A stretch of 63,980 nucleotides of DNA, filler included, from Octopus bimaculoides (GCF_001194135.2; 7 parts of 5 records of this genome joined end to end with filler, not necessarily neighbours in it); one strand, 5' to 3'; counted from the first letter of the whole stretch, positions 13,775 to 26,440 are shown. A program made the numbers and translations. Notes: a model not told the origin generated them from the sequence alone.

Positions 13775-14327
13775 GTATTGTTTTATTCACTATCTTCTCT
13801 ATATCGACAACGAATTTTGTCTTAGCAGGTAGCAATCGGATACATGCTATTTATAAGAAGCAAGAAATGCGTAATACATCCGTCAGTATTGTGAGTCACT
13901 TTAGGGATAAATCTTATGCATTTTTCACAAGTCTTATGACAAGATTTTATCTCAGGATATTCATTGTGCATCAATCTTTCTACGCGTGTGTATACATATA
14001 GTATGATACATAGATCGCGCCTATAATCTAAAGCGTTTGCAATGTTATACACTGAATGTTGATACACGCCCCACACGCACACACACGCGCACACATGCAC
14101 ACACTCACGCATTCACACACACACAAGGACACACACAGAGACATACACCGACACTTAAACAAGCAAAGAAACAATCAAACACACACACAGATATAACGGA
14201 ATTTGCCGCACATCGATTTATCAGTATCTAAAGAGAATTTGTGAGAGTAGTACGGTAATCTGGTTGGAAAAACCAATTTTACATAGGCTCAGCTTTTTAT
14301 TCCAAAATCCTAGACTTATATATAGAA

Positions 14328-14440
14328 GTGTACGTTCGCCTTAATGTGGAGGGTACTATGAATTGTTATTGTCTTCCCAGTAATGCGATCCAGCTGGTTA
14401 TCTCCGCTTGTGTCCATTTCAGGATGGATGCACTATATTG
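14328..14440 (-). repeat. 113-bp copy of 11075-11187 (LINE-internal sequence)
   Basis: Direct alignment shows 2 mismatches in 113 bp; flanks are unrelated. Confidence 0.95.
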
Positions 14441-17287
14441 TCTATGTGTTGAGACAGATTTATCAACTTGTCAATGTTGTAGTTTGATATCAGTTTGTCT
14501 TTCAAACTTATCAGGGTTTAAGTTTTTGGCGTTTATGCATCTTCATGATTAAATAAGCTCGCACGCGCGAAGTGTGTGAGAGTATTATTTATATATAGAA
14601 GGAAAAGTTTTTCGTTGAAATATACATGTATATATACCTGTTTGAACCATTGTTGATATTGGAGGAAACCTTGTTGTATTATACAACACATTTTAAAGAC
14701 ATTTACCTTTTAGAGAACTTGTACACTTGATGAGACAATTGAATTGTTGTGCAGAATCGTGTGTAGCATTGGTGTGTATTATCTTGTCGTTAATCGCAGC
14801 TAATGCAGAGTGAAAATATTCTATAGAGCTCTAACTTTAAATGTTTTCTATAAAAATTTTATAGAACTCATGGCTATTAGCGAACTGCTTAAGAAGTAAA
14901 TGTCGAAACGATCGATCAGTGTTAAATCTAACAGCTAAACTTGTAGGTAGACTATTCCTCAAATACTTCTGTTCCCTAATTACTTATGCTAAACCGGATA
15001 TTATGTTTAATGGCAACCATATCAGTATTTCTCAAAGAGTAACTCATAATTTGATCACTTGTTATGCTAAAAATAGCAGCCGAAAATCTTTCATATAACA
15101 CCGTACCATCTGAGAAACTATTATGCTAAAACACCAAGTCCCGAACATACATTGCCTGAATAATATGGACGACTGTAACTAAAACGCATTTAAACAGACC
15201 TGTTTGATGACAATTGACGCGGAGACACATAATCGCAATTGTATGAGAATATACAGCCCTAAAAATAAGAGTTCCATCCCAATCATAAGCACTGTGATCG
15301 TGGCCAACAACAACTCTAACAGCAACTGACACAAATCACACCAAAGCTAAAATGAAATCATCTGTAGCACCAAACACAAATGGCAACTAGAAGACCACGT
15401 CCAATAATATATTTTCCTTAATATAGGTAAGATTTATATCTCTAAAGCAAGAAGAATATACCTTTAAATTTAGTTTCTTTATACTTACTCGGTTGAGTTT
15501 CATAACTCCTCTTATAGTCTACAGATCCTCTTAAATCAAGCACAACCGGAACCAATGCGCGTAACTGCAACTTACAGTAAATGTCAGCTATTATTATGAA
15601 AGTTTTTGTCATTATAATTACGCCTTTCATGACCGTGGGATAAGTATTCCCATTTCCTTTTGTGTAAGTTATAAGGAAATATTGTACCGTCATATAAATC
15701 AATATATGTGAATCACAATTATATTTCAACGTAATTCCAAATTATATTACTACAGGTTTAATATGAATGAGTGCTAAATATCAGATTGGTGTTTATTATG
15801 AAATACTAAAACATAAGTTAATAATGTTATTATTAATATTTTGCATATTTATTCAAAGAGTATATGAATTATAATTTTAAGCTGATATCTTTTACAGTCG
15901 TAACCCGTGATGCAATAAATAATCTTTAAATGTTGATCATATACGTAAAATGTGCAAAGTACAACTTCAATATGAATACAGGATATGTCAAACGGTACGT
16001 TTTCATCATCTTCTTATATTAACTTAAGGTCAATGAGTCTGTCATGGTAATTGAAATATATGAACATTACAACTTTATATTAATAGGACAGTTGTTTCAA
16101 AATACAATGTAATAATTATAGTAAATTTCTTATTTGAAAACTGAAAACAATACTTTGTCTAACGTCGACTAGATGTGGTATAAGGTCATTTTGCCAATGA
16201 TTAATGTGGTTAATAATCAATTTAATCTACTGCATTAAATTGTGTAAAACAAAGGAGGATAAGCAGGAATAAGAGCGTGTTTGAGAAAATTATTTGCTAT
16301 CAAATTTTAATACGCATCAGTTACAGAAATAGTGTTCAAAAGTATGTGAATAGCTGCTACAGACAATGAAACCACAATAGTTAAAGTATATATATTGGCG
16401 CTCATGTATACTCACTCCATGAGATCATATCTAAAATATACTAGAATATAATACCTTATATTTACTATATTTATCTTTGTCTCTGTTCAATCGATATGAT
16501 GAGTAAATGTGAAGAATATTGTATGATACGCTGAGTTACTATTTTGCTCCAAAGTGTCTTCTTTTTTATTGTAATATTTTGTTATTTAGATCTTCCTTTT
16601 TTCTTGTGTTGGACACTTCCTTTCTAGTTGACGCTGTAAATAAAGTTCTATACAGCATTTTTGGGATTTTGAGTGTCTTATTATTTTCTTCCAATTTAGG
16701 GATTTTGGTCCGACTTGATATTTCGCCATCTTAGAGCGAAACCATGTTGCACTTGAATATCACTGAATATAACTAGAGCAGATCAATCTTTCCATATTCA
16801 TGAATTCCCTTGTCGTGAACACATATACTTGCAGGGCAAAATTTTATTTCTTTTAATCAAGCATTTTATTATTTTCAGTTTTTGAGGTTTTAGGATGGGT
16901 TGACGAAAATGTTTTTAAAATTGATTTTTGTTGCGATTTTATTGTTTCAAACGGACTGCCCCATCATCTCGAGTGAATCAATTGCGGCGTATGATTTTAT
17001 TCTATTAATGTTAGGTACGTGGCAGGGGTTTTTTTTTTCATGAACCCATGTATTTTACTGCGAGTTTCTATAATCTATATATTTTTGTTGTTTTGTTTTA
17101 TATTTCGTTTCGTTTATTTTTGTATTTCACTTATATGGACATTTTAAAATTGATTTTCATTTGGTTTGGGTTCCCATTTAATGCTTTCGCACAAGCCTCT
17201 TTTATGCGTATTTTTTGTTAAGAAATAGCATATTTGATTTCGGAAACGTAGAACTTGTTGCATTATGTTCGCTTGTTTCTAGTTCAT

Positions 17288-17343
<56 letters not shown>

Positions 17344-17699
17344 GATTTTTTTCTCCGTGTCTATAATTTAGACGTTTCGATTCTATAGCTCGTAGTAGAA
17401 CATTTTCCAGTAATATGTTTCTTTACGTGCATATAATTCTCCATACCTCGAATCGCGTGCGCACTCTTGGTAGAGTGTTGCTGTGTACAATTCACATAAC
17501 GCTGAAGGAGATCGATTGTTAGTCAAGCGTCTCTTAACACTTAGCATTTCGTTCGGAAGTTGACATTCAGATATTTGTGTTTGATGCTAATCACTTGAAA
17601 GAACACTTTTTTGTATTCCTTCTATTAAGAATCACGTGTCATATTGCATAAATCTGAGAGGCCAAAATTCACCAGTTCTTTAAAATGATTTAAAGATTA

Positions 17700-19060
17700 T
17701 CATCATCATAATCATCACATGAAAACTCACAGCTTGTATTGTTGGGTATGATAGAAAGTGTCAACTGTCCACAGTCACTAGACTAAGGTGATAATTGTTT
17801 ACTAGTCATGCTTCAAGAACCCAGCGAATAATTCTTGTAGTTCAAAGCAATGCTGTTTTTTGTTGGTGTTCTACCTTCACACTTGCGCCGATCTTTTTCA
17901 GCCATGTTGGTAGATAAGTACTGATACTTCCAAGTGCGCCAATTACTATCGGTGTCACGTCTACTCTCTTCACTCACCACAGCCTTCGTATTTCCCCACT
18001 TTAAATCGTCATAGTTGTTTAGTTTTGCTTCTTTTACGTTGACTCTGTTGTCACCTGGGCATGCTATATCGATTATCATGCATGTTCTTTCTTTTTTATT
18101 CACCACAACAATACCCGGTGTTTGATGTCTAGTTGGGTGATCACACTGGATCGTTGCATCCCACAGGGTTTTGCAATTCTCATTTTCGGTGACTCCTGGA
18201 GTTTTCTCATACCATGTCTTTGCTCTTTGTAGGCTGTGGTTTCCACAGAGCTCCCAATGGATCATTCTTGCCACATTGATATAACGTCTTTTATATTCGC
18301 GTTGCACCAATGTCGAGCTTCGATTACGATGAGTCACACCGTTTCACCCCTCTCACCATACATTGTGCATTTGTCGCTATTTGCAGTGTTGTCTATTCTG
18401 CACTTCATGTAACTGGTCCTTAACACTTGTATCTGAGCTACGCATATGAGTACTTCTCTCTCTATCTACAGGCTACTCCTCCTCATCCATTGCCACCGGT
18501 CCTCTGTATCTGTCTTCACGTTCACATCTCTTGCAAACTGACCTTAAATTTTCCTTTTTTTTTTTGTTTATATGTTCATTTCTTGTTTAAATCTTTATTC
18601 ATTACACAATATTTAGTTTTGATGACACCCGCCTTATTCATGCGTTTCAATGATGGCTCTACAGCATTCTATATTTACCACCCTAGACTGTCTTCCTCTG
18701 CTAGCTACAGTCCTCGAAACTGTTAAAGCCTCTCCAACCCTTTCGTCTGGACCAGTACAGCCTATCGGTGTCACGCTTAGGGTGGAAGGCTTTGTGTACT
18801 ATCAACGTTTTTCTGGTCTTTGTATCCATTTTCTTCCATTTTTCTTTGTTGCCATTTTATAATTCCCGCTCCATACCGAACTGATGCTATCGTCCAAGTA
18901 TTAACTGCTTGGATTTTATTCCATCTAGTCAATTTTGAACCCAACTCAAACCTCAGTCTTCGGAAATACTCCATCGTCGGTTGCTCTTTGATTTCCTGTT
19001 CCATTATCACGTTGAACTCTAGTACACCAAGTATTTGTATCCTTCCGTTTCAAATTGCTT
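17700..19060 (-). mobile_element. R4/Dong-type LINE 3' portion (RT thumb, zinc-knuckle region, RLE)
   Basis: ORFs 18777-19010 (EYFRRLR..NKIQAVNTW..RYGAG) and 17813-18337 (YKRR..VARMIHWELC..LWDATIQCDH..MIIDIACPGD..YDDLKW); (GAT)n-like tail near 17700. Confidence 0.9.
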
Positions 19061-19157
19061 AATCAAGTCCCTATTCTATCCCTGCTAGGGACTGTACCTT
19101 GCCTCATTTTAGTTAGATTATTCCGCACTTCTTGAGTCCAAATTCCATTCTAATATC

Positions 19158-19203
<46 letters not shown>

Positions 19204-19262
19204 GATGTTTTATTTTTTTAACAACATTTCGACAGAACGTCTGTCTTTCTCAAGTTCAAACC
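19204..19262 (-). ncRNA. Hammerhead-like motif, U3-A8 core variant (copy of 19660-19718)
   Basis: TTGAGAA-A-GACAGA CGT TCTGTC-GAA-ATGTT(G)TTA AAAAAA TAAAACAT-C; perfect stem II, 8-bp stem III, AUC triplet. Confidence 0.6.
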
Positions 19263-19621
19263 AAAAGGTGATTGAAAATTCAAATTTTCAGAAACCAAAC
19301 GTAAACTATGAACGTGAGTAACCAGTGTCCATACGTTGATAGAATGACATCATCAGCTTTTGTCAGTTTTTTAATAAGCAGAAAGAAAGAAAAAGGAAGA
19401 TGACAGAAAAAGAAAAGAAAAAGAGAGAAAGAAGAATATTCAATCAAACAGTTTTGTATAAATTTGATGATATTCTCCTGTCATCTTATTCATTCCTCCA
19501 GGGCGTGATGTCAATANNNNNNNNNNNNNNNNNNNNNNNNNNNNNNNNNNNNNNNNNNNNNNNNNNNNNNNNNNNNNNNNNNNNNNNNNNNNNNNNNNNN
19601 NNNNNNNNNNNNNNNNNNNNN

Positions 19622-19659
<38 letters not shown>

Positions 19660-19718
19660 GATGTTTTATTTTTTTAACAACATTTCGACAGAACGTCTGT
19701 CTTTCTCAAGTTCAAACC
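19660..19718 (-). ncRNA. Hammerhead-like motif at the 3' end of the Penelope element
   Basis: Same fold as 19204-19262; lies about 180 nt after the GIY-YIG stop codon on the same strand. Confidence 0.65.
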
Positions 19719-20766
19719 AAAAGGTGATTGAAAATTCAAATTTTCAGAAACCAAACGTAAACTATGAACGTGAGTAACCAGTGTCCATACGTTGATAGAA
19801 TGACATCATCAGCTTTTGTCAGTTTTTTAATAAGCAGAAAGAAAGAAAAAGGAAGATGACAGAAAAAGAAAAGAAAAAGAGAGAAAGAAGAATATTCAAT
19901 CAAACAGTTTTGTATAAATTTGATGATATTCTCCTGTCATCTTATTCATTCCTCCAGGGCGTGATGTCAATAACCCGCAAACATATTTCTCCTTATACAT
20001 TCTGAGAAGTGAAAGTGGGGTACATTCAGGATATTTTGTGAGAATGTGCACTTTCAAATCTTCTTCAAAATTGCAGCCGCTTGAAACGAAATGTTCAGCA
20101 AGTTCTGTTGAACTACTGTTCTTGTGCCTGACGTCGAATCTGTGCCCATTAAACCTTTTGTTTAATTGTTCCGTTGTACAACCAACATAAATCAAGTTAT
20201 GTATCGTGCATTCTGCACCGTACACTAAATGGGAATCTTTGTAGGTTCCCCCTTCTGTATAAATCATAACATTTCTATTATGATTTTTGATGGTATTCAC
20301 TTCACTCATGTTGTTCTTTAAGGTACAGCGTGTAGATACTCNNNNNNNNNNTTTTTGATGGTATTCACTTCACTCATGTTGTTCTTTAAGGTACAGCGTG
20401 TAGATACTCCAATGTTCGTTTTCTTGGAGTCAGATATAGAGGTCAATAATTCTTTTATGTTCTTATTCCGTCGAAAGGGTACGATGGGCGGCTGAGGAAA
20501 TGTTTGTTTGAAACTGGGATATTTTTTCACCACATGTTGGTAACTTTCATGCAACACTTTTGAAATGCCAGCGAAACGTCGGTGCCAGTTAATCACTAAA
20601 GGAATTCTGTAATCTGTTGTATTTTGTTTTCTAAGATTAGGCGTGTAGGTTTTACTATCTTTGCTAATCTTAGCTATTTCACTTGCTATTTCCTTTAAAC
20701 GTGATTCACTGTAACCTCGTTTAACATAATGACATACAAAAGCATTTGCATGTTTCCAGTAATCCC
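19660..20766 (-). mobile_element. Penelope-like element 3' half (RT-EN linker plus GIY-YIG endonuclease plus 3' tail with hammerhead-like motif)
   Basis: Open frame from the gap: YVKRGYSESRL..RIPLVINWH..PIVPFRRNKNIKELL, then VYGAEC..IYVGCT..LNKRFNGHR..AEHF..GMN (GIY-YIG with Penelope-type Cys/His pattern). Confidence 0.92.
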
Positions 20767-21086
20767 NNNNNNNNNNNNNNNNNNNNNNNNNNNNNNNNNN
20801 NNNNNNNNNNNNNNNNNNNNNNNNNNNNNNNNNNNNNNNNNNNNNNNNNNNNNNNNNNNNNNNNNNNNNNNNNNNNNNNNNNNNNNNNNNNNNNNNNNNN
20901 NNNNNNNNNNNNNNNNNNNNNNNNNNNNNNNNNNNNNNNNNNNNNNNNNNNNNNNNNNNNNNNNNNNNNNNNNNNNNNNNNNNNNNNNNNNNNNNNNNNN
21001 NNNNNNNNNNNNNNNNNNNNNNNNNNNNNNNNNNNNNNNNNNNNNNNNNNNNNNNNNNNNNNNNNNNNNNNNNNNNNNNNNNNNNN

Positions 21087-21319
21087 ATGTATTTGTCTGA
21101 ATATTTTTTTTATTATACCTAAGGCACCTACTATGATAGGAATTGTTTCTGTTTTTAGATTCCACATTCGAGTTATCTCTATTTCCAGGTCTTTGTATTT
21201 TGAAAGTTTTTCCATTTCTTTTAGAGAAACGTTGTCATCTGCTGGTATTGATACATCAATTAGAAAGCATTTTTTTTTCTTCATGATCTTTGACAACTAT
21301 ATCTGGTCTATTTGCTTTA

Positions 21320-21393
<74 letters not shown>

Positions 21394-22329
21394 ACTGTCC
21401 AATAATCGGTAGACGGAGGCAAATTTCTACTTCATCACCTGTTACACCTCCGTGTCACTGGGGTGAGTGAAGCATTTTGTGTTCTTTTTCTGCTGTTGGG
21501 GTGTACCCACTGTTCCCAGTACAATATTGTGTTATTTTCTTTCTCTTGAGATGTGATGCAGTATTTTGTTGTGTTACTGCGTGTGTTTTGTGTTGAGTGT
21601 GTAATTGTTTGGTGTTCTGGCTAGCTGGTGGAAGTTTATATCACTGGGTAAATGCTGAAAAGTGTCTGTCTTGTATTTGTGGGTTGCTTTCTTTAGGTTG
21701 TGTTATTGAATTGAATGTGTGTTGCGTAGGATGTGGACTGTTCCCAGCAGGGCTACTTTTTGGTCAGTGTGTAGTGTTGAGAATCCAGGTATAGCTTCTA
21801 CGTTTTTGTTCATATGTTCTTTTATCATGCCCAATACTCTGATTATTATTGGTATTGTTTTTACCTTTATGCTCCATATTTTGAGTACTTTAATTTTGAG
21901 GTCATTGTACTTTGACAATTTCTCTATTTCTTTTTTGACAATATTTTGATCAGAAGGGACTGCAATGTATATAAGTAAGCAGGTGTTTTTCACCATTCCC
22001 TCGCTATTATACCTGGGCGATTAGATTTTACTTCTTTGTCGGTTTGAACCAGTATATCCCAGATGACTGCAGCCTGATTGCTGTCTTGTACCTGGCTTAG
22101 CATATGCTTATACCACCTGTTTTCAGTTTTGATATTGAAATGTTGGCATATTGCCAAGTTGATATAACTTCTTATTTTGTCGTGTCTGTATATATATATT
22201 CAGATTTGGCAAAGACTGGGCAGGCTGAGATGATTTCATCCACTGTCTCATGGTGCTGGGAGCACATTCTGCATTTGGTGTTTAGGCCTGTTTTCATTAC
22301 TTTGATTTTATAAGTGTTGTTTGGGCAAC

Positions 22330-22386
<57 letters not shown>

Positions 22387-22655
22387 CATCATTATTATTA
22401 TTATTATTATTATTGTTCAGTAGTTTAATTTTTTATAAAGTGCTTTCACTTCACTACCGAGCGCAGCTCTGTGCGCCTTGGGTATATGCTGTGGTTTGCT
22501 GTGGTGATCTTATGGTTACTGTATTGAAAGTGTTTTGTGTAGGATGTGTGCTGTGCCCAGTAGTGCAATTTTCTGCATGTTATATATTTTTGTAAGTCCT
22601 GGTGTTTTAGTTATGTATTTGTCTGAATATTTTTTTTATTATACCTAAGGCACCT
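21087..22655 (-). mobile_element. Cluster of R4/Dong LINE 3' ends separated by (TAA)n arrays
   Basis: RLE peptides CFLIDVSIPADDNVSLKEMEKLSKYKDL..IPIIVGALG (21087-21300) and CLLIYIAVPSDQNIVKKEIEKLSKYNDL..ALLGTVHILR (21703-21996); third 3' end at 22410-22655; (ATT)n at 21321-21390 and 22327-22415. Confidence 0.9.
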
Positions 22656-23546
22656 NNNNNNNNNNNNNNNNNNNNNNNNNNNNNNNNNNNNNNNNNNNNN
22701 NNNNNNNNNNNNNNNNNNNNNNNNNNNNNNNNNNNNNNNNNNNNNNNNNNNNNNNNNNNNNNNNNNNNNNNNNNNNNNNNNNNNNNNNNNNNNNNNNNNN
22801 NNNNNNNNNNNNNNNNNNNNNNNNNNNNNNNNNNNNNNNNNNNNNNNNNNNNNNNNNNNNNNNNNNNNNNNNNNNNNNNNNNNNNNNNNNNNNNNNNNNN
22901 NNNNNNNNNNNNNNNNNNNNNNNNNNNNNNNNNNNNNNNNNNNNNNNNNNNNNNNNNNNNNNNNNNNNNNNNNNNNNNNNNNNNNNNNNNNNNNNNNNNN
23001 NNNNNNNNNNNNNNNNNNNNNNNNNNNNNNNNNNNNNNNNNNNNNNNNNNNNNNNNNNNNNNNNNNNNNNNNNNNNNNNNNNNNNNNNNNNNNNNNNNNN
23101 NNNNNNNNNNNNNNNNNNNNNNNNNNNNNNNNNNNNNNNNNNNNNNNNNNNNNNNNNNNNNNNNNNNNNNNNNNNNNNNNNNNNNNNNNNNNNNNNNNNN
23201 NNNNNNNNNNNNNNNNNNNNNNNNNNNNNNNNNNNNNNNNNNNNNNNNNNNNNNNNNNNNNNNNNNNNNNNNNNNNNNNNNNNNNNNNNNNNNNNNNNNN
23301 NNNNNNNNNNNNNNNNNNNNNNNNNNNNNNNNNNNNNNNNNNNNNNNNNNNNNNNNNNNNNNNNNNNNNNNNNNNNNNNNNNNNNNNNNNNNNNNNNNNN
23401 NNNNNNNNNNNNNNNNNNNNNNNNNNNNNNNNNNNNNNNNNNNNNNNNNNNNNNNNNNNNNNNNNNNNNNNNNNNNNNNNNNNNNNNNNNNNNNNNNNNN
23501 NNNNNNNNNNNNNNNNNATATATATATATATATATATATATATATA

Positions 23547-23706
23547 CGACGGGCTTCTCTCAGTTTCCGTCTACCAAATCCACTCACAAAGTTTTGGTCG
23601 GCCCGAGGCTATATTAGAAGACAGTTGTCCAAGGCACCATGCAGCAGGATTGAACCCGACACCCTGTGGTTGAAGGCAAGCCTTTTACCACAGAGCCACT
23701 CCTGTG
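23547..23706 (-). mobile_element. Group B SINE head/CORE part
   Basis: GGGCTTCTCTCAGTTTCCGTCTACCAAATCCACTCAC..GAACCC..CCACAGAGCCACTCCTG is the reverse complement of the 12975 family. Confidence 0.9.
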
Positions 23707-23709
23707 TTT

Positions 23710-25010
23710 TAAGCACAATTTGTATTGGTTTTGTATAGCATCTTTGCGTGGGGAAATTATTGCCCTGGTTGTTTGAAACAGCTGTTTTCTCAAGTGATAT
23801 GTTTGTGATTGTAATAGTTGTTTGTATTTTACTTTCTTTACTGTTGCAATCAGATGATATTAAACGAAATATTAACTGGGAATATATTTACCTCTGTTAC
23901 ATAAGATATAGGTTTTTAATTCAGTGATGTATCGTTACTGCAGGATTGTGGAAAAATGTGAGTAGGATTACGTACCTTAGTGGGTGTGTATGTATGTTTT
24001 AAGTAAGTACCCGTGTTGTCGAATTAAAACGAAGGTGAAGTATTTCTTTGTAGATCCCTTGCTCATTTGAAAAACTGTTTGTCTTTGATAGAAATATGAG
24101 TTTTCTGTTGGTTTGCGGTTTCTTTCTTGAATTATTCCAATTAATACTGCCACTCATCATATTGCCTTATTATTCTTGAATACCTTGTATCTCAATTAGC
24201 TATTTCCAATGAGTATCCGGCATTTATTAGTTAATTTTACCATATGACATAGATACGTTTATATTTAGTTTGTTACTTAGTTTACAATTTTTGCAAACAG
24301 TTGTTCTTTATTTGGACAGAATCGTCTCTCTGTGACTATTCACCTTTGTAAAAGAGCACTTACTTTCTTCATTATTATGTTTTTATGACGAGAAAGGTTC
24401 AGTAGGGACGATTGTGAATAAATTTAAGAGCTTGTAGCATCTTGTTGTCTAGATTAGGACGTGATATGCGTGTAGTAGTTGTCGTTCACGTCATGTACTA
24501 TATCTGTATATTAGAATGGATAGCTTCGTATTTTCAACAATTTAGAAATGAATATAACGTATTGTGCTAACTGTATAAGAAAAGAAAGAAACACTATGTA
24601 TCTATGGTATTGAGATATCCCTCGTTGTTACAAAAACTATTTTCTCCTAGTATGAATCATTCTTACTATATTATCCGTAGAACAATATTATTGAGGGCGA
24701 GTTATACAGGTGGTATTTAATTGCTGTTTTTAGTGTTAAAGTTACTAGTATATTCCCCACAGACACAGAATTTATGTACTTACTGTAGTTTTGTTTTGTG
24801 CATTTGGGAAATTCAACGTAATTTTTCTAGATTCTGTGTTTGTTTCTTCCAGAGAACTATTACTACCTTCTTTTGATGATCCGAAAAATTATTCTCCACG
24901 GAATGCTGAAGTGTTTCAATTGAGATTCAGTTCATGATACATGCTTCATTGTTTTTCATATATTGTATTCAGAATTAGTTGATTTAATATATGCATTTGC
25001 ATTTAGAACA
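23710..25010 (-). mobile_element. Possible ancient Penelope RT remnant
   Basis: Weak in-order motifs on the minus strand (ILVTL, AIKYHL, NSF.NNE.YL, RKPT); heavily stop-riddled. Confidence 0.3.
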
Positions 25011-25064
25011 TTAGTCTAATTTGGGAAAGTAGGCCAAGAGAGGCAAATAAAAAAAATCAATAGT

Positions 25065-25775
25065 GTACCACAATCTCCACTGGTTTGCTTGCTCGTCACC
25101 TCTCAATTCATGGACACAAGTAACGAATTCTATACCGAATTATTACTGGCGACAACAAACGACGCCTGTACATCAATATGAAGCAGCGTAAGAAATGGCT
25201 TGACCCCCGGTAAACAAGCGACACCGCGCGTGAAACAAGATCTTCATCCGCATAAAACGATGTTGTGTGTATAGTGGGAGAGGGAAGGGATTATCCATTA
25301 TGAATTGCTTGAACAGAACCAAACGGTCAACGCAAAACCCTATATTCAACAGATGGAACGACTCAACACGGCTATTCAAGAGAAAAGACCTCATCGACAG
25401 CATGGATTTCTTCTTCACGACAACGCCCGCCTTCATATCGGCAATATGAACAAGGAAGCTATTCAAACGCATGGCTGGGACATGCTGGCTCACCCAACGT
25501 AATCTACTGATTTGGAACCAACGGATTTCTACTTCTTTCGATCTCTTTCAAATGCTATGCGCGGAGTTTCGTTCAATACTGATGCAGAATTGAGAGCTTG
25601 GTTAGATCAATTTTTCAAGTTGAAATCGGGTGATTTCTACCAACGAGGTATTGAAAATCTTTTTGAACGTTGGGAAGAAGTTGTAAACAACAAGGGTGAA
25701 TACATTATTGATTAATTAGTTATTTTTTATTAAACTTTAAAAAAAAATTAAATTTATAAGAATGGCAGTAACTTA
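25065..25775 (+). mobile_element. Mariner element 3' half with right TIR
   Basis: RIITGD..HKTMLCV.W..YELLEQNQTVNA..LLHDNARLH..HP..DLEPTDFYFFRSL..RWEEVVNNKGEYIID-stop (D,D34D-type motifs); TIR-like GGCAGTAACTTAGTTGCCAAACTCAA at the end. Confidence 0.93.
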
Positions 25776-26440
25776 GTTGCCAAACTCAACAGATATTTGA
25801 TACCTTGTTTCTATAGTTAGGGATGCTGTTTAACATAAAGGTAATCCTTGTCAAACATGTATCTGATAATACGCTTTTCGGATATAACCGGTACGTATAT
25901 CCTTATCTCTGTTACGACATTGTAAATATTATTTTCATTATTTGACACGCTAGATTGTAATTTGAAAAAGATTTCGCTGTTTATACTGAAAACTCCAGTA
26001 AATATTTATAATTTATTGCGTTGGCTTCGTCAGTAACATAGAGGCACATGTTGCAGCAATGAATGCATCTATAGATATATATTCGTAAAGTGTGTACATT
26101 TCATTTTCAACGGTAATAGCATTTAGAAAGTTATGGAAGTCACGCACTCTCATGTCTTCCAGTAGTAAATTATTAGCAATTGTAAGTCAATAACGCGTAA
26201 GTTATTGCAGCCAGTACAATTTGGAAACAATATTTGGTTACCATAATAGAATTTGTATGAAATCATGCACCTCAAATTATTGATCGAAATTTTGACTTCG
26301 CACTGCATCTCTCTTACTATTAGCTCTCCAACAGTACGTCTCTCCTATACTCATCTTACGTATTCATTCTATACCTAGCTTTTTTATTTATCTATTGCAT
26401 TCAATCTGCGATCCTATCCCTTTCTATGTATGTATGTATG

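Noticed and set aside
15126-15432. miRNA precursor or membrane-protein exon
   Set aside because: No match to conserved miRNAs I recall, no long hairpin, and stops in all frames.
17355-17400. Hammerhead at GAAACGTCTA..TAGAC (minus strand)
   Set aside because: No recognisable core and no U at 16.1.
19165-19975. Apparent tandem pLTR duplication of the Penelope tail
   Set aside because: The copies look identical and flank a gap, including the same (ATT)n; most likely a contig-end overlap. The same applies to 20282-20410 and 45770-46145. Only long reads could rescue it.
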